Assembly: GCA_013265495.1 (NCBI GenBank)
Contig: MU058153.1
Span: 62,001 to 126,000 of the forward strand
Direction of reading: 5' to 3'
DNA: 64,000 nucleotides
Source: Vicugna vicugna
Lineage: Eukaryota
This document shows positions 24,981 to 38,429 of this stretch, one piece after another; position 1 is the stretch's first letter; every line of letters begins with the position of its first letter. A program made the translations under genes and the position numbers. The notes under the pieces were generated by a model. That model was not told the origin of the DNA and did no database searches. It saw only the letters and a program-made list of their open reading frames with translations.

Positions 24981-26074
24981 CAGTGTGTGCCATCCACGTG
25001 TATGATAGCATGGCCATTCTACATGGGCAACTATTTCTGATTAACTTTCTACTTGTTTTCACTTAATGAGAATATTTTCTGTACAAAACTTTATGTCATT
25101 TTTCATCTACCCAAATAAGACAGGACTGAAGGTTTTGTCAAGGAACTTCTTTAAAAATATATAGTTTAGTTTGCGATTTTATTAGCACACTAAACTCTTT
25201 TCTGTGCCAATGCTCACATCTGTACCCTCTGGTAAACTCTTCCCAATCACATCTGCTTACTGTCACACAAATACAGCTCAGATATTACAGAAGATGCCTG
25301 AAGTCCCTAGGGAAAATCAATTCAAATTCATGAAAAAGTGATTTAGAAGAAGAAAGGAGAACAGAATTCATAATTCTACATCTGGATTTGGGAGAATTAC
25401 TGTTTAGATTCCGTGCTGACCCTGACTCAAGAGATTTGTCTTAATAAGGAAGCTTTTTTGTATCGCCACCATCCCTTCAAGCAAGGGGGTTACTGGATCT
25501 TTTTTTTTTAATTGCAAACTAATAAAATCTTGAGGAATTCATCAGGCTTCTAGAGAGTCTGAATTCCACACGTGCAAACGGTCAGCTTTAAGTAAGTCAT
25601 GCAAAACTCTATTTAAAATGACTCAGCCTTTCCCTGAATATGGGAAATGGGAAATGTTACTCGGTAGTTAGAATAAAATGGTTTGAATGGCGAGGAATAG
25701 ATTAAACTTGCTCAGTCACTGAGCAGAGATAATAAGAGATGATTTGAAAGTGGAAATAGTCATTTGTGATGGGTCTCGCTGTTAACACACTAGCGTGTGT
25801 GAAGGCATTAGCGAGCACGGGTGAAACCAATGAGCATTCCTGCATCTCTGTAAATCAAGAGGTTTCTTCCTGCTAGAATTTCTCATACCTGGCCTGACTT
25901 CCATTCCCCAACCAAACCACAAGGGGCATGGGATAGACAGAAAACATCAATGAATGCAAACCAGGAAACCCTGTGGAAAAGGTCCGCTGAAGAGATCTTA
26001 GCAGGCTGATTCCTAACTGACAACAAAGGTTCATGCAAGAGAATGCTAAGGACATGGGACTTTAAATATGTGCG

Positions 26075-26310
26075 GCTGAGAGGTTCACGCACAGCTTGGG
26101 ACTTATACAGAGCTGGGTTCCAAGCCTGCTTTTGTCCATTTCTGTCCTTTATAATAGCCTGATTGGGCAAGTTACTTAATTTCTTTGAGTCTCAGTCTCC
26201 TCATTTGTAGATGAGTGATAATAATGGTGGTGTGTATCTCACCTGGGATCGAATTAGGCCATAGATGCAAACGCACAGCACACTGCCTGGTCCGAGTAAG
26301 CCCTCTGTAC
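26075..26310 (+). mobile_element. MIR SINE
   Basis: 'ttgggcaagttacttaatttctttgagtctcagtctcctcatttgtag'. Confidence 0.75.
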
Positions 26311-26899
26311 ATGTCATTTAAAATTCAAGACCAAAAAGAAATCTATCAAACTGTAATACTTTTTGGACTGATTGAAGTCAGAAGCAGTATGTTCGCAAGC
26401 ATTCTAAATAGTTCATTAACCAGTATTTGCTGTATTCTTACTAGGCACGTAGTCCTGTCCTGCTGTAACTGAAGCCCTGAAGTCCCCAGACACTGAGGAT
26501 AAGACATACTTCTCTACAAAACATCTAATTTTTCCCCATTCTGTAAAAGTCATCAGGTTTTCACACTTTGAGGCGTTTATATTTTACCACTTGCAGAATG
26601 TGGGGCTTCTCTGACAGCTTTCCTGCCTCAAGTCCCTCCCTCTGTTCTACTCTGGGGGAAAAAAGTCACTTTGTGATTGCTTTTCTTTCCAATTCTCATC
26701 TCTTTTAGACTGTCTTTTAGTGTAAACTGTTTCCTGTGACAGCTAAATTTCTTTGGCTATATGCACTCGTTAATTACTTTCCAAAGCATCTGTTGCTTGT
26801 CAGGCAAACATGTTCCACATGTTTGTGAGAATGGCTTTTCTTTCTAGAAAATTCAGTTAAGACATTCTGTAATACGAGGAATAAGGAAATGAAGCCCCT

Positions 26900-27080
26900 C
26901 CCATTTGTTAGGCACCTGTTATCTGTCGGGCACCCCTCTAATAATTTCCTCTAATCCTGTTAGTAACCCTGTGAATCAGGTCACATGGCACCTATTTTAC
27001 TCATCAGGAAGAGGAAGACTTGTAGAAGTCAAGTTATTTGCTACACAAATAAAACCTGAATCCAAGTGTTTGTATTGCTG
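26900..27080 (-). mobile_element. MIR SINE
   Basis: 'catttgttaggcacctgttatctgtcgggcac...taatcctgttagtaaccctgtga...gaagtcaagttatttgc'. Confidence 0.6.
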
Positions 27081-27302
27081 TAAAATTCTTGGGGGCAGTG
27101 TTTTCTGATTTGATATTTGGATTGTGGGAATCATATAATGGAGACATAGTACCTCCCTTTTTTAAAGCAATAACAGTAATAGCCATGAGCATACCTACTG
27201 TCAAAACTACCACCTAAAATTCACAATAATTTTAGTTTACAGAGCATCACTCTCAAGGAAAAAGTTCTGTATGCACTAAGTAGGCATAAAGGGCAAAATA
27301 AG

Positions 27303-27967
27303 TGTGGCAGACAATTTCATTGATCTCCAAGATTTCTGTCCCCTCCCCACTATATATCTGTATGATCCCCTCCCCTCGAAGGGTGGGCCTTGTGAGTATA
27401 ATGGGTCTTCACACCTGTGATTATGTGACACGATACAGCAGAAGAGATATTTCAGATGTAAGTATGGTCCTTAATCAGTGGACACTGAGGTAGTAAAAAG
27501 GAAGGTTATTCTGTGTGGGCTTGATCCAACCAGATAGGTTCTTAAAAGAAATCAGATCCAAACTGAGAGAGATTGCTCCTGCTTTCACTGAAGAAGAAAA
27601 CAACCAGGTTGTGAACTGAGCTGGAAAGAGCCATGTGGCAAGGACACACGGCCAGCCTCTAGGTGCTGAGGACATTCCCTGGCCAAGAGCCAACAAGAAA
27701 ATGGGCACTTCATTCCCATACTGGCAAGGAACTCAGTTTACCAATAGCCACTCACCTTGGAAGAGGACCCTGAGCCTTAGATGAGATCACACCCCTGGCT
27801 GACACTCATCTCAGCCTGGTGAGACCCTGAGCAGAAGACCCAGTTAAACCATGCCCATGGATAAGGAAAAAAATACATATGTGACTACATGTGTATGTGT
27901 GTGTGTGTGTTCTCTTAAGCTACTAAGTTCAAGATAATTTGTTTCACACTAATAGAAAACTAATACA
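27303..27967 (+). mobile_element. MLT1E-like MaLR solo LTR with internal (TG)n
   Basis: TGTGG...AATACA ends; 'ccatgtggcaaggac...gcctctaggtgctgag', 'cagcctggtgagaccctgagcagaagacccag'; 5-bp flanks ataag/ttaag. Confidence 0.85.
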
Positions 27968-28145
27968 TTAAGTCAACTGTCAAATGAGTGATAGACGGTA
28001 AGCAGTATGAGTTTAATAAAGTATAAATACATCAATTGTGGAGAGACGTGTTAATATTGCTGCAGAAGAAGAATTCTCAACTCAGTGGGGCTAGATGCCC
28101 TATACCAAAATTTCCCATTCTACTCTCCTTTGTAATATGTCATTT

Positions 28146-30890
28146 TCTTAGGTTGGTTTCCCCAGAAGCAGACCCTAAGACAAGGATTCACATGCACAAG
28201 ATTCTTCATGAAAATGTTCCCCGGAAAAGCTGAGCAGTGAAAGGGAAGAAACCAAGCAGAGAGACAATTTCAGGCAAAACCCCAGCTATAGCTGACTATC
28301 ACACTGGCAATCTAAAGTATAATTGCATCCTAAAGTTTACCTTTATTTGGGACAAAAAATTGGGGCTTTCATATTTGGCAGCACTCAGTCGTTGCCTGTT
28401 ATCCTCCTGCTGCTGGCATTGCCACCTCACTACAAGTACAAGCAAAATCAAAAGCAGCTCCAGTAATTCAGGGGAATTAAGTAATTCAGTAATTCTTGGA
28501 AGAGAGACATGGAAGAGGACAGTTAAAAGAAAGAAAGAAAGAAAAAAAAAACAGGAGATGGACTTCTGGTTTCCAGGCCAGCATGTAAGAAGCTTGGGCG
28601 TTACCGTTCTGTTTTAACAAGAAGTGAAACTGAATAAACTAAAAAATCAACCACTCTTCTTATATCCATAAGAGAAACGAAGTCATGGGGCCAACCACTG
28701 CCCCCCAAGTTGGAAAGACTGACAGGCAAATACAGAGAATAATGATATGTTAGAGCAGAAACCTCTGAGGAATCAATATTAGTGTAAGAAGCCCTGAATT
28801 ATAGTTGATGAATTCCTGGAGACTCACTGTGTGTGAGTCCGAGAGTTAAAAACTCCAGAGGGACCCCTAACCAAGTTCTCATGATGAGTATTGAAAAAAA
28901 ATTCCCTCATATCTCTGGCAGGGGGAGGAGAAAAGGGACCATTTTTCAATATGCCAGGACATTCTGTTCTTAACAAAGTCTGCCCTCAGAAGAATCTATT
29001 TTACCAGAGCCTGAATTATTGGGGTTTTATCAGAGCCCCAGGAAGGAAAATGTCCAACTCCAGCCCCCTCTAACCATACTGTTCCACTTAAACGCAGGGG
29101 AGAACTGAGAAGCATGTATAAAGCTCACTGTCTAAGGGTACAGGCTCATTAAAAATCTGAGACCTAATCAGAGAACCACAGAATGCTTCCCCCAAACATT
29201 ACTGTCACGTTACTAAAGCAGTTCCATTTACCCGGAGCGTTCATGTATGGCTTTCCAGATAAACTTACAACACATACTAAAAGGCAAAAAACCACTTTGA
29301 AGACACAGAAAAAGCATCAGCCTCAGACTCAGATATGACAATGATGTTGGAATTTAAAACTACTAGGATTAATACACTAAAGAATCTAATGGATAAAGTA
29401 GACAGCATGCGAGAACAGATGGGCAATGTAAGCAGAAAACAAAAATTCTAAGAAGCGAAAATAAATGCTAGAGATCAAACACTGTAGCAGAAATAAAGAA
29501 TGCTTTTACTGGGCTTCTTAGTAGACAGGGTACGACTGAGGAAAAAATCTCTGAGCTTGAGGCTATCTCAAGGAAAACTTCCAAAACTGAAAACAAATAA
29601 CAGAATATCTGGGACAGCTACAAAAGGCATAATATAATCATGATGGAAACAGCAGATGGAGAAGAAAGAGTGAAAGGAACAGAAGAAATATTTTAAAATA
29701 TAATGAACGGGACTTTCTCTAAATTAATGTCAGACAGAAAACAACAGATCCAGGAAGCTTAGAGACTAATTATGTAAAATAAACGCCTGAAAATCTGCCC
29801 TTGGGAGACAATGTGGCAAAACTCACACAGGGAGAAACAGACAATCTGAAGAACGTCAAGAGAATGAAAAGATAAGGCATGGTTTGGGAGACAATTTTGC
29901 AAAAAAAAAAAAAAACCTGATAAAAGACTGTTACCCAAACATACAAAGAAGTCTTAAAGCTCAACAGTAAGAAAACAAGCAAGCCAATTAAAAAATGGAC
30001 CAAAGACCTTCACAGATACCTCACAAAAGAAGAAATACAGATGGCAAAAAAGCATAGGAAAAGAAAAGATGCTCCACATCATATGTTATCAGAGAAATGC
30101 AAATTACAACGCTTCCCAACTGCACACCGATTAGAATGGCCAAAATCCAAGACACTGACACCACCGAATGCTGGTGAGGTTGTGGAGCAACAGAAACTCT
30201 CAGTCATTGCTAGTGGAAATGCAAAATGGTACAGCTGCTTTGGAAGACAGTTATTTACCCAAAGGTGTTGGAAACTTACGTCCACACAAAGACCTGCACG
30301 TGGATGTTTACAGCAGCTTTATTTATAGTGGCTGAAACTTGGAGGCAACCAAGATGACCCTCAGTTGGTGAATATATAAATAAAGTTTGACATATCCAAA
30401 CAATGTAATATTACTCAGTGCTTAAAAGAAATGAGCTATCAAACCATGAAAAGATATGGAGAAAACTCAAATGCATATAACTAAGTGGAAAAAGCCAATC
30501 TAAAAAAGTTGCATACTATTCAGCCCCAATTATATGACATTCTGGAAACGTCAACGTTAAAAAATTCAGTGCTTGCCGGGGCTTAGGGAGGAGGGAGGTG
30601 TGAACAGGCTGAGCATGGAGGATTTTTAGTGCAGTAAAGCTACTCTGTCTGATACCATGATAGTGGATATATGTCATTATAAATTTATCCAGACCTATAG
30701 AATGTGGGGGGCAGGGTGTATGTGGGAAATCTCTGTATCTTCCTCTTATTTTTTATGAGCCTAAAACTGCTATAAAAACAGAGTCTATTAAAAATAAAGA
30801 AAAAAAGAACATGATAATATACTGGAAATTTGTAAAAGAGTTCAAGGGATTCAAGTGAGCCTGGGTGATGTACCAGTGATAGCTATTACA
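28146..30890 (-). mobile_element. LTR16/LTR33-like ERVL LTR split by the L1 insertion (parts ~28146-28525 and ~30812-30890)
   Basis: 'tcttaggttggtttccccagaagcagaccctaagacaaggattc' on the left; 'gagcctgggtgatgtaccagtgatagctattaca' on the right. Confidence 0.55.
28554..30797 (+). mobile_element. L1MC1-like LINE with 5'UTR, partial ORF1, ORF2 fragments and 3'UTR (internally deleted)
   Basis: 5' 'ggacttctggtttccaggccagcatgtaagaagc'; ORF1-like 29270-29795; ORF2 C-terminal relic 29850-30370; 3' 'gtgggaaatctctgtatcttcctc...cctaaaactgcta...agtctattaaaaa'. Confidence 0.85.
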
Positions 30891-30999
30891 CTTATGTACC
30901 ACTGAAAAGATTACAATTAACAGCTTAAAAACTCTGGAGTTCTGCTTCTAAAAATTAAAAAACAGTAAATTGATTAAGAAAACACATCTTTTAATACTA

Positions 31000-31220
31000 C
31001 TATAACTGCCATTCATTGAATGACTATTATGTCCCAGACACCATTTCATTTAATAATTAGCACAACCTTATGACATTCATTCTACTATAATCTTCATTTT
31101 ACACATGAGGAAATTTTGGTAACAAGAGAGAAAATAATGTGGCCTAGCGAATGTGCCTTGTGAGTGGGTGAGCTGAAATTTGAATTATCTGAGCCAATAA
31201 GCCACCACCACTTTCAGTAG
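31000..31220 (-). mobile_element. MIR SINE
   Basis: 'cattcattgaatgactattatgtcccagacac...cttcattttacacatgaggaaa'. Confidence 0.7.
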
Positions 31221-31718
31221 GTTTAATTTAAGATGTTGCAAACTGTCTCAAATAATAACTGTAAAAATTGTTTACTCTGTGCCAGTGGATCTTCTAAGTA
31301 CTTTATAGATGAACTCACTTAACACTTCGAAAAAGTATGTGTCTTTAGCATTTTTTTGAGTGATGTGTGTCATTTATGGTGGTCAGCCAATCCACAACTC
31401 TGAGGGGTGCTCCAATACTCTGGAAACACTGTGTTCATAGTTTCTTTATCTCTCTTCCATTCTCCCTTCCCACCTTTCACTTCCTTCCTATCTTGATTTA
31501 TTCTTTAACGAACTTGCTTTTGACACCGCATTTCAGCAAAAATCATGGTAATATTAGCGAGTAACAAAAGATCAGTTAAATATGAAACCTGTCTGCAAGG
31601 AACTTACAGTCTATTACAAGAAATTAGATGAATGCATAAAAGTCTACAGCATAAGTTGAAAAGGGGGCCTGGGAGAGACTACTTGATAAATATTCAAAGG
31701 AGGAAGAAATTGAATTTA

Positions 31719-31924
31719 CAGTTGACCCATGAACAACACAGGTCCACTTATGAGTGGAATTTTTTCCCATAAACACTACAGTGCTACATGATCCACAGCT
31801 GGTTGAATCCACCAGTGTGGAGCTGTGGGTACACAGGGATGACTTTGGGGCTTGAGCATCTGTGGGTTTTGGTACATAAGACGGGTCCTGGAACCAACCC
31901 CCAGCATTGTTCAAGGGTCACCGG
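31719..31924. mobile_element. Tigger2-family MITE (Tc1/mariner)
   Basis: TA followed by TIR 'cagttgacccatgaacaa' and inverted 'ttgttcaagggtcaccgg'. Confidence 0.8.
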
Positions 31925-32310
31925 TTTTCGAAAATGTTGACAGTTGAAATAGACTTTGAAGGATAACGTGTGATTTAATTTACTGCAAAGACTTTCATCA
32001 GTGACATGAAATGCCACACAGAGACAATGGGTTTTTCCTGTGTTTATTTAGACAATCATTCACTTCCAATGTAGGTATGTGGAATTGAGCACCGAGAATA
32101 ATGGACAAGTGCTTATTAACAATCTCATTGTGAACCAGTAGATGTAAAATCTCAAACCACAGCTCATCATATCAAACTACAAAGCACCCAGAACAGATGG
32201 ATTTTTGACTGCCTTCCAGGACTTCAATTAAATAACCCAAAGTACACTGCCTTCATTGAGAAGTTCTAACATGAGAGACTGTTACCACTCTGTGGCTAAT
32301 GCTTATTTGC

Positions 32311-32440
32311 AGGATGAACATGCAGTTTGTTATCCAAAGAGGAATGATTTCGACAGGAAAAGAAGGTGATATTAATAATTATAGCTGGACCACCAGCATC
32401 TGCGTGAACTGTCCCAGGGTATCTAGAGTATATTCTTGAT
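32311..32440. mobile_element. MER94/MER81-like hAT-Blackjack MITE
   Basis: 'ttgttatccaaagaggaa...gatattaataattatagctggaccaccagc...aactgtcccaggg'. Confidence 0.55.
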
Positions 32441-32909
32441 CCATTGCCAACTTTAGCGGTGGGTACTGCTTTTAAGTTCTACCAATTTCCTAGACTCTGA
32501 ACACCGATGCTAGTGTAGGGCTTGTTGATGGCAGGGGAGTTTGTGAACTCCCTGGATTCTCATTCTGCCCATAACTCGCACTGGCCGAGGGAGATGTTTG
32601 AATTTCATGGATAGATAATTTTTCCTTAGAACTCAAACTCAAGGATCATATGCTATTATTGTTCCAGATGATGAAAGACTCTAAGGAAAAAAAAAGGAAT
32701 TTTATAAATTTCCTATCTTGAACACTCATTTTAAAAAGGTGTTGATTTTTGACTCCAAGTATAGAAGCAACTCATCTCTACCTTTTTGTGGTAGCTACAT
32801 TTATGAGAAACACGTCTTTAATAACCGTAGAGGAAAGATACTTGCGAGGAAATGCATCTGTGTTGGTCTCTCTCTTTCTCTTTTAGCATTTAGGGTATCA
32901 AGAAAGAAG

Positions 32910-33450
32910 CATAGAATAATGGAAAGATTTTTGTGGCTGGCAAATTATATTCCAATTCTAGCTCTGCATTTACCAGCGGAGTGATTTCTGGCTTAACCTA
33001 TCTGCATCTTAATTTCTTCATCATCTTATAGTACTCCCTATGAATCAAGCCTTCTGATAAATAACTTAATCTCATTTTAACTGTTACAGCAACACTTTGA
33101 GGTAGAAATTTTTAATACCACATTTTCAGATGATAAAACTGGTTACTCTCCAGTCTATATCCATGCTTTATGTTCTGTTTATAGCATTTTAATTTATGTA
33201 TTTACATTTCCAACTAGTGTGTACTTTCCAAGGGACAGAAATTGTGCCATTTTTGATTATCCCAGACACACAATTTGATACTCAATAAATAAATGTGAAA
33301 GAAAGAACGAGAAAGAAAGGAAGGAAAGAAGAAGAAAGAAAAAAGATGCTTAAAGTGATACATATATTCAGGATCTGAATTAGGAATTGAACTCGAGTAA
33401 TCTGAACCTATAGTCTTTGTGCCTCACTACTCCTATATACTGTCTCCCTA
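32910..33450. mobile_element. Cluster of MIR and L2 fragments with (GAAA)n tract at ~33297-33345
   Basis: MIR cores in both orientations; L2 3' end 'gatactcaataaataaatgtgaaagaaagaa'. Confidence 0.6.
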
Positions 33451-33929
33451 GCTCCCCTTTCTTCCTCTCAGATCTGTGGCTCTTGGATATACTGGAGAGT
33501 CATGTGCTAGAAAATAGACGCATTCCCTTGCCCAACCTTCAAGGGACTCATTCATACTAGAGGGCTCATTTAATGATTTATAATGGATGAATATCTCTTT
33601 CCTTGGCAGGAAATCTATTTGGAAAAAAAAAACAAATTAAGATCAGTTACTTGATGCATTTGTGGGATCTGATCCAGGAAAACCCATAAAGAAATTACTT
33701 TGTCAGACTCAGTCTTTTTCAACAAGCTAAGCTACTTTTTCAGTGTTTCTGGTAGGAGTAGATTTTTGATGTATATTGATATTATTACTGTTATTATTAT
33801 TAATGAAAATACCATTAGCACCTTCAAAGATGCACAAATGAGTAGGGATGTATAATTTGTGACATTTTCAAAGTGTGAATTTGAATCTTGCATGATTCAT
33901 AATAAAGCTTTTAGCTATTAAAAAGTGAG

Positions 33930-34572
33930 CAACTCGAGGATATGGAAAAATTGGAATCCTTGTACGCTACTGGTAGGAATATAGAATGATGCTGCTGCTG
34001 TGGAAACAGAGCCTCAAAAAGCTAAAGACAAAATTACCATATGACCCAACAATTCTACTAGATATATAACCAAAATAATTGAAAACAGATAATTGTATGC
34101 CAATGTTCACTGAAGAGTTATTCATAGCAGCCAAAAGCTGAAAACAACCCAAGTATCCATCAGTAGATGGAGGGAAAAACAGAATGTATATACATAAAAT
34201 GGAATATTATTTATCCATAAAGAGGACTGCAGTTCTGACACATGCTAAAACAGAGATGAACCTTAAAAAATTATGCTAAATGAAATAAACCAGGCACAGA
34301 AGAACAAATATATAGTTCCATTTATATGAAATACATAGAATTAGCAGAATCAGGGAGACAAAATTGATCTGAGTTCAGTGGCTGGAAGAGGAGGAGACTG
34401 GGAATTATTGGTTAATGGCTATTAAGTTTCTGTTGGAGGTGATGAAAAAGTTTATGAAATAGATCATGAAAATGTTCCAATTAATGTCATGAATTATCCA
34501 TTTAAAATTGTTAAAATGGCAAATCTTATATATATGCACATATGTATTTTTTACCACCATTAAAAAAATAAA
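33930..34572 (+). mobile_element. L1MB-like LINE 3' fragment
   Basis: 'gaggatatggaaaaattggaatcc...aattaccatatgacccaacaattc...tatttttttaccaccattaaaaaaataaaa'. Confidence 0.85.
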
Positions 34573-35169
34573 ATCTATAGTAATGTGACTTTTCATCATC
34601 TTCTCATGCCAAATGTAGTAACTCTCCTAACACAATATAAAGAGTTTTTTGTAAAAAAGAAAAGGCTATTTTCTGAAAAATGGAACTCCGGATGAACTTG
34701 AAGGGGTATTGGACTGTGACAAAGGCAATACGTGACTACCCACGGGAGTATGATAAAGAGAAAGGTCAGTGAGAAACGTCTTACAGCTAAATTTAATAAT
34801 GTGCAGACTTCTCAGGAGATATTGCTGGTGAGCATTGTGGGTCCACTGTGCCACAGAAGTTCCCAGAATTACACTAATCTCTCAAGTGATATTTTCCAGC
34901 ATGAAAAGAGGCCTCAGAATCAATGATTTGGGTAATCTGGAGTCAGATTATATAGGCATCTTTGTAACAGTACCACTGACATTATTTAATATGTTAATAC
35001 ATATAGCAGATTACTGAGAAAAACCCAGTCTTCAGGAGTTTCCGAAGTCAATTTACCGTAGAATTTATTTACACACATCAATAAAGCAAATATTTATCTA
35101 TCCTCAACTGCAGTCTTGTTGCTGCCACATACAGTATCTTCTGCCTTATCAAATGGGAGGTCAGAGATA

Positions 35170-36230
35170 ATAAATTATATTATTCATAAAAAAAGTTTAT
35201 ATTCTTCCCTGAATGAGGATTTCTCTTTCCCACTCTATTGATGTCAGCCATGCTCGTGGGACTTTCTTTGGCCAATGAAATATGAGTGGAATTTCCTGGG
35301 AGAACTTTTAAGAGCCAGCGTATGGTACTCTACCCTCTCCCATGTGACAAGAAATGGTCCAGGTAGAAGCTGCTCTATCAGCTAAATTAATGATAGACAT
35401 GTGCTGAACGTGGGGGAGGAAGAAGGGTGAGTAACTGGGATCAGGGAAGTCAACTGTGGTAGACTGTATTATTGCCTAAAACTATCTTCTACTTTTCCCT
35501 GTAGAAAGATTATACTTTTCTGTTCCAGTATCAGCCGTGGCCACAGGACTCATCTGGCCAATGACATGTGAACAGAAGTAATGTGTATCCTGTCTAGTGA
35601 GCCAAAGTATGGTGTCCCTGATTCATGACATTGTCAATATTCCACATAGAAAGGCTGTTCAGTCAGTTTGGATCCTGGATTAAAGACAACATAGAGCAGC
35701 ACTGCAGTTGATCTAATGACAGAGGATGGTATGGGTAAGAAATAAATCATCATTGTTTTAAGCCACTGAAATTTTTTGTTCCATACCTAGCCTTGCTGAC
35801 CTAATAGATCAGGAAGCCCAGGACATGATAATTAATTATCTCAACTCCCTGAGATACTATGAATGGTCCAGGAGTGGGGCTCATAGGTCAAACCAGGCTA
35901 ATTAACATCCTCTTCCCAAATTCCAATTTTGATTAGTTGGTTTCAAAGCAATAAATATTTAATCCCATTCATTCGGAGAAAGTTGCCCTTGGAGAATTAA
36001 GCACAGCAAAGTAGAGACTGTGATGGAAAGAGATGGAGAAAGAGATGCCATGATGTCAATGTCAGTGTTATAAATGTCAAATTATTAACAGATACAGTTA
36101 TTCCTGAAGCCAGTTGCTCTTCCCAAATTTGGTTGCATGAGTCAATAAATTATCTACCTCCCTTTCACCATGTTTCTTTGACTCTTTGTTTATAATTTGA
36201 GTTGTTTTTTTTGATGTATCATTCCTTTAA
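35170..36230 (+). mobile_element. Several old MLT1 (H/I/J/K-like) LTR pieces; clearest copy ~35455-35810
   Basis: 'tttggccaatgaaatatgagtgga', 'tggccaatgacatgtgaacagaagt', 'aagaaataaatcatcattgttttaagccactga', 'ttcctgaagccag...catgagtcaataaat'. Confidence 0.65.
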
Positions 36231-36849
36231 TGTGTTAATTGTAATTAAAACAATATAGCAAATCTATAATTTATGCAGACCTCTACTTTGACAAACTATA
36301 AATGACGGATTTTTTTCTGTTAAAAAATAAAAATTTTCTGTACTAAATCAAAAGCAAATGTTATGTCATATATTTCCACTGCATACAATTCCGCCATCGA
36401 ATTCCACCTGTGACTCTTTGTTTTTTAATCCCCAAAAAGGAGCATATATTAGACATTGTAGATTAGAAAGTATTAAGTGTGTTCCTTCACTACAGGGCTT
36501 GTCAGAGCGTTTTTATTTCTTAATATGCCCTGCGTTCTTTTAGGAGGGTCCTATATCATACATAATTATCCCATGACATTTTTTATTACAGAATCCATCT
36601 GGAGGGCAGAACTTCAGCTCCAAGGAACCCCAGATGGCCTTACATTTTCAGGTTCTGTAAAGGAGAAGTGATGAAATTAGTACCTGCATTACAAAATTAT
36701 TCTGAGGATTAAGTGAGTTGATACATGTAAAGTAAATATCACCCACACATGTTCAGTATGTGCGTGTGTTTTCTGCAACTATGTAGAAAGCTTTGGGATA
36801 GCCTTTGTTTTATTCTCTGGAAGCTACTAAAATTTTACTTTATCAATGC

Positions 36850-38195
36850 TGTTAGGCAATTTTACTATATGATATGGTTTGCTGTATTTGTGTATTGTGA
36901 TGGGGGGGCATATTCTGTTAGGAATTATCTGTTTTAGGGTTTATTAAAGTTTTTCATTCCATGAGCTGAAAATTTTCATCAAATCTGGGAAATTTTTGGT
37001 CATTATAACATCTAATATACCATCCACTCGCTCTACAGTTTTCTTCTGAGGTGTTCATTACAGGGATACTAAACTACCTGATGTTTTCCCACAGATACTG
37101 AGGTTACTTCTGTATTTTTCATTTCTTTTTTTCTTTCTCTCTGTGTTTCATTTTAAAAGTTTCCATTTCTGTATTTTCAGGTTCATTTATCTTTTCCTTC
37201 TGCAGATTCTAATTTGAGGTTAATCTTATTCTATAAAATTTTTATTTCAGATATTGCATTTTTCTTTCTAGAATTACTCTTTCTTTCTTTCACTTTTATA
37301 TTCATGATGTCCTGTAAATTACTGAACATGTTGTTATAGTTTGATATCCTAGTCTGCTGATTTCATCATCTCTAGCACTTCTGGATCTATTTTTATTTAC
37401 TAATTTTTCCCCTGGATTGAGTCACATTTTTCTGCTTCTTGGAATGTTCAGTAAATTTTTTTATTAAATGTTGAAATCATTATATATTACATTGTTGGAT
37501 GTCTAATTTCTTTGTGTTGTTCCAGAGAATGTTGAGTTTTGTTCTATCAGGTAGTTAAGGTACTTGCTATTGGATCAATCCTTTCTAGCCTTATTTTTAA
37601 GTTTTTAAAGGCATTCTAGTGAAGTCTTTACTTTAGAGATAGTTCAGCCGTAGCCCTAAGGCATGACACTCCTGGGCTCTCTCCTGAATTCTCTTGGTAT
37701 TCAACAAGGACTGGCAATTTTGACAGGTTAGAAGTCAAATACTTTTAAGCTCTGTGTGAGCTCTCAGAATTGTTTGGTTTACTAGTCTTTGTTCTCTGCC
37801 CAGCCTTACGGAGCATCACAGTTAAAGCTCAAGGGGCTCACATACAGGTTGTTTTCTGCGTAGCTCCTCCTTTTCCTGAAAGTCCTTTTTATAAATCCCA
37901 GCTACCGCATTTTCTCTGTACTCTTACCTCTGTCTCCTCAGTGGGACTGCCATTTTCCACTTATGACCTCACTCACTGCATCACTGTCCAAAAATTGCTT
38001 CCAGCCAAAAATCGATGGCAGATTTGAGACTCATCTTATTTGCTTTCCTACTTTCAGGTATCACAATCTTGTGCTGTCATCACTGTCTGAAAATGCCTTT
38101 TTAAAAACATACAATTTTTTTTGTTGTTTTGAACATTTTTTTACAGAAGAAGGGGATGTCAATCCAACTTATTCCATCACTGCTGGGAGTGGAAT
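36850..38195 (-). mobile_element. Old L1/HAL1-like 5'UTR-ORF1 region, antisense
   Basis: T-rich antisense ORF1 motifs ('tcaaatctgggaaatttttggtcattat', 'tcacatttttctgcttctttggaatg'). Ends with a reverse-complemented L1 5' terminus 'cttattccatcactgctgggagtggaa'. Confidence 0.7.
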
Positions 38196-38429
38196 TTCCA
38201 TCATTACTATTGCTGCTTTTAGAAATCACATGAGTGGAAATGCATTTTGTTCCCCTACCTTTAACAGTTAACCCCACCAATATTATTTTTGATATTATTC
38301 TGCGGCTGTTGCTAAATTTTTTAGTAATCCCATTATTTTTTTCCTGGGCAAAAATTATGTTTATTAGTAACTTTGTCATAAATTAAGTCAGAAATATTTG
38401 TGCTCTAAATAGACTGTCCTCCATAAGGT

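Noticed and set aside
26805..26825. CAAACATGT-TCC-ACATGTTTG inverted repeat resembling a p53 response element
   Set aside because: The second half-site is out of register by one base and lacks the RRR prefix, and a 9-bp arm is expected by chance.
29770..30328. ORFs of 68-95 aa in this interval
   Set aside because: They are off-frame or antisense translations of degraded L1 ORF2 sequence.
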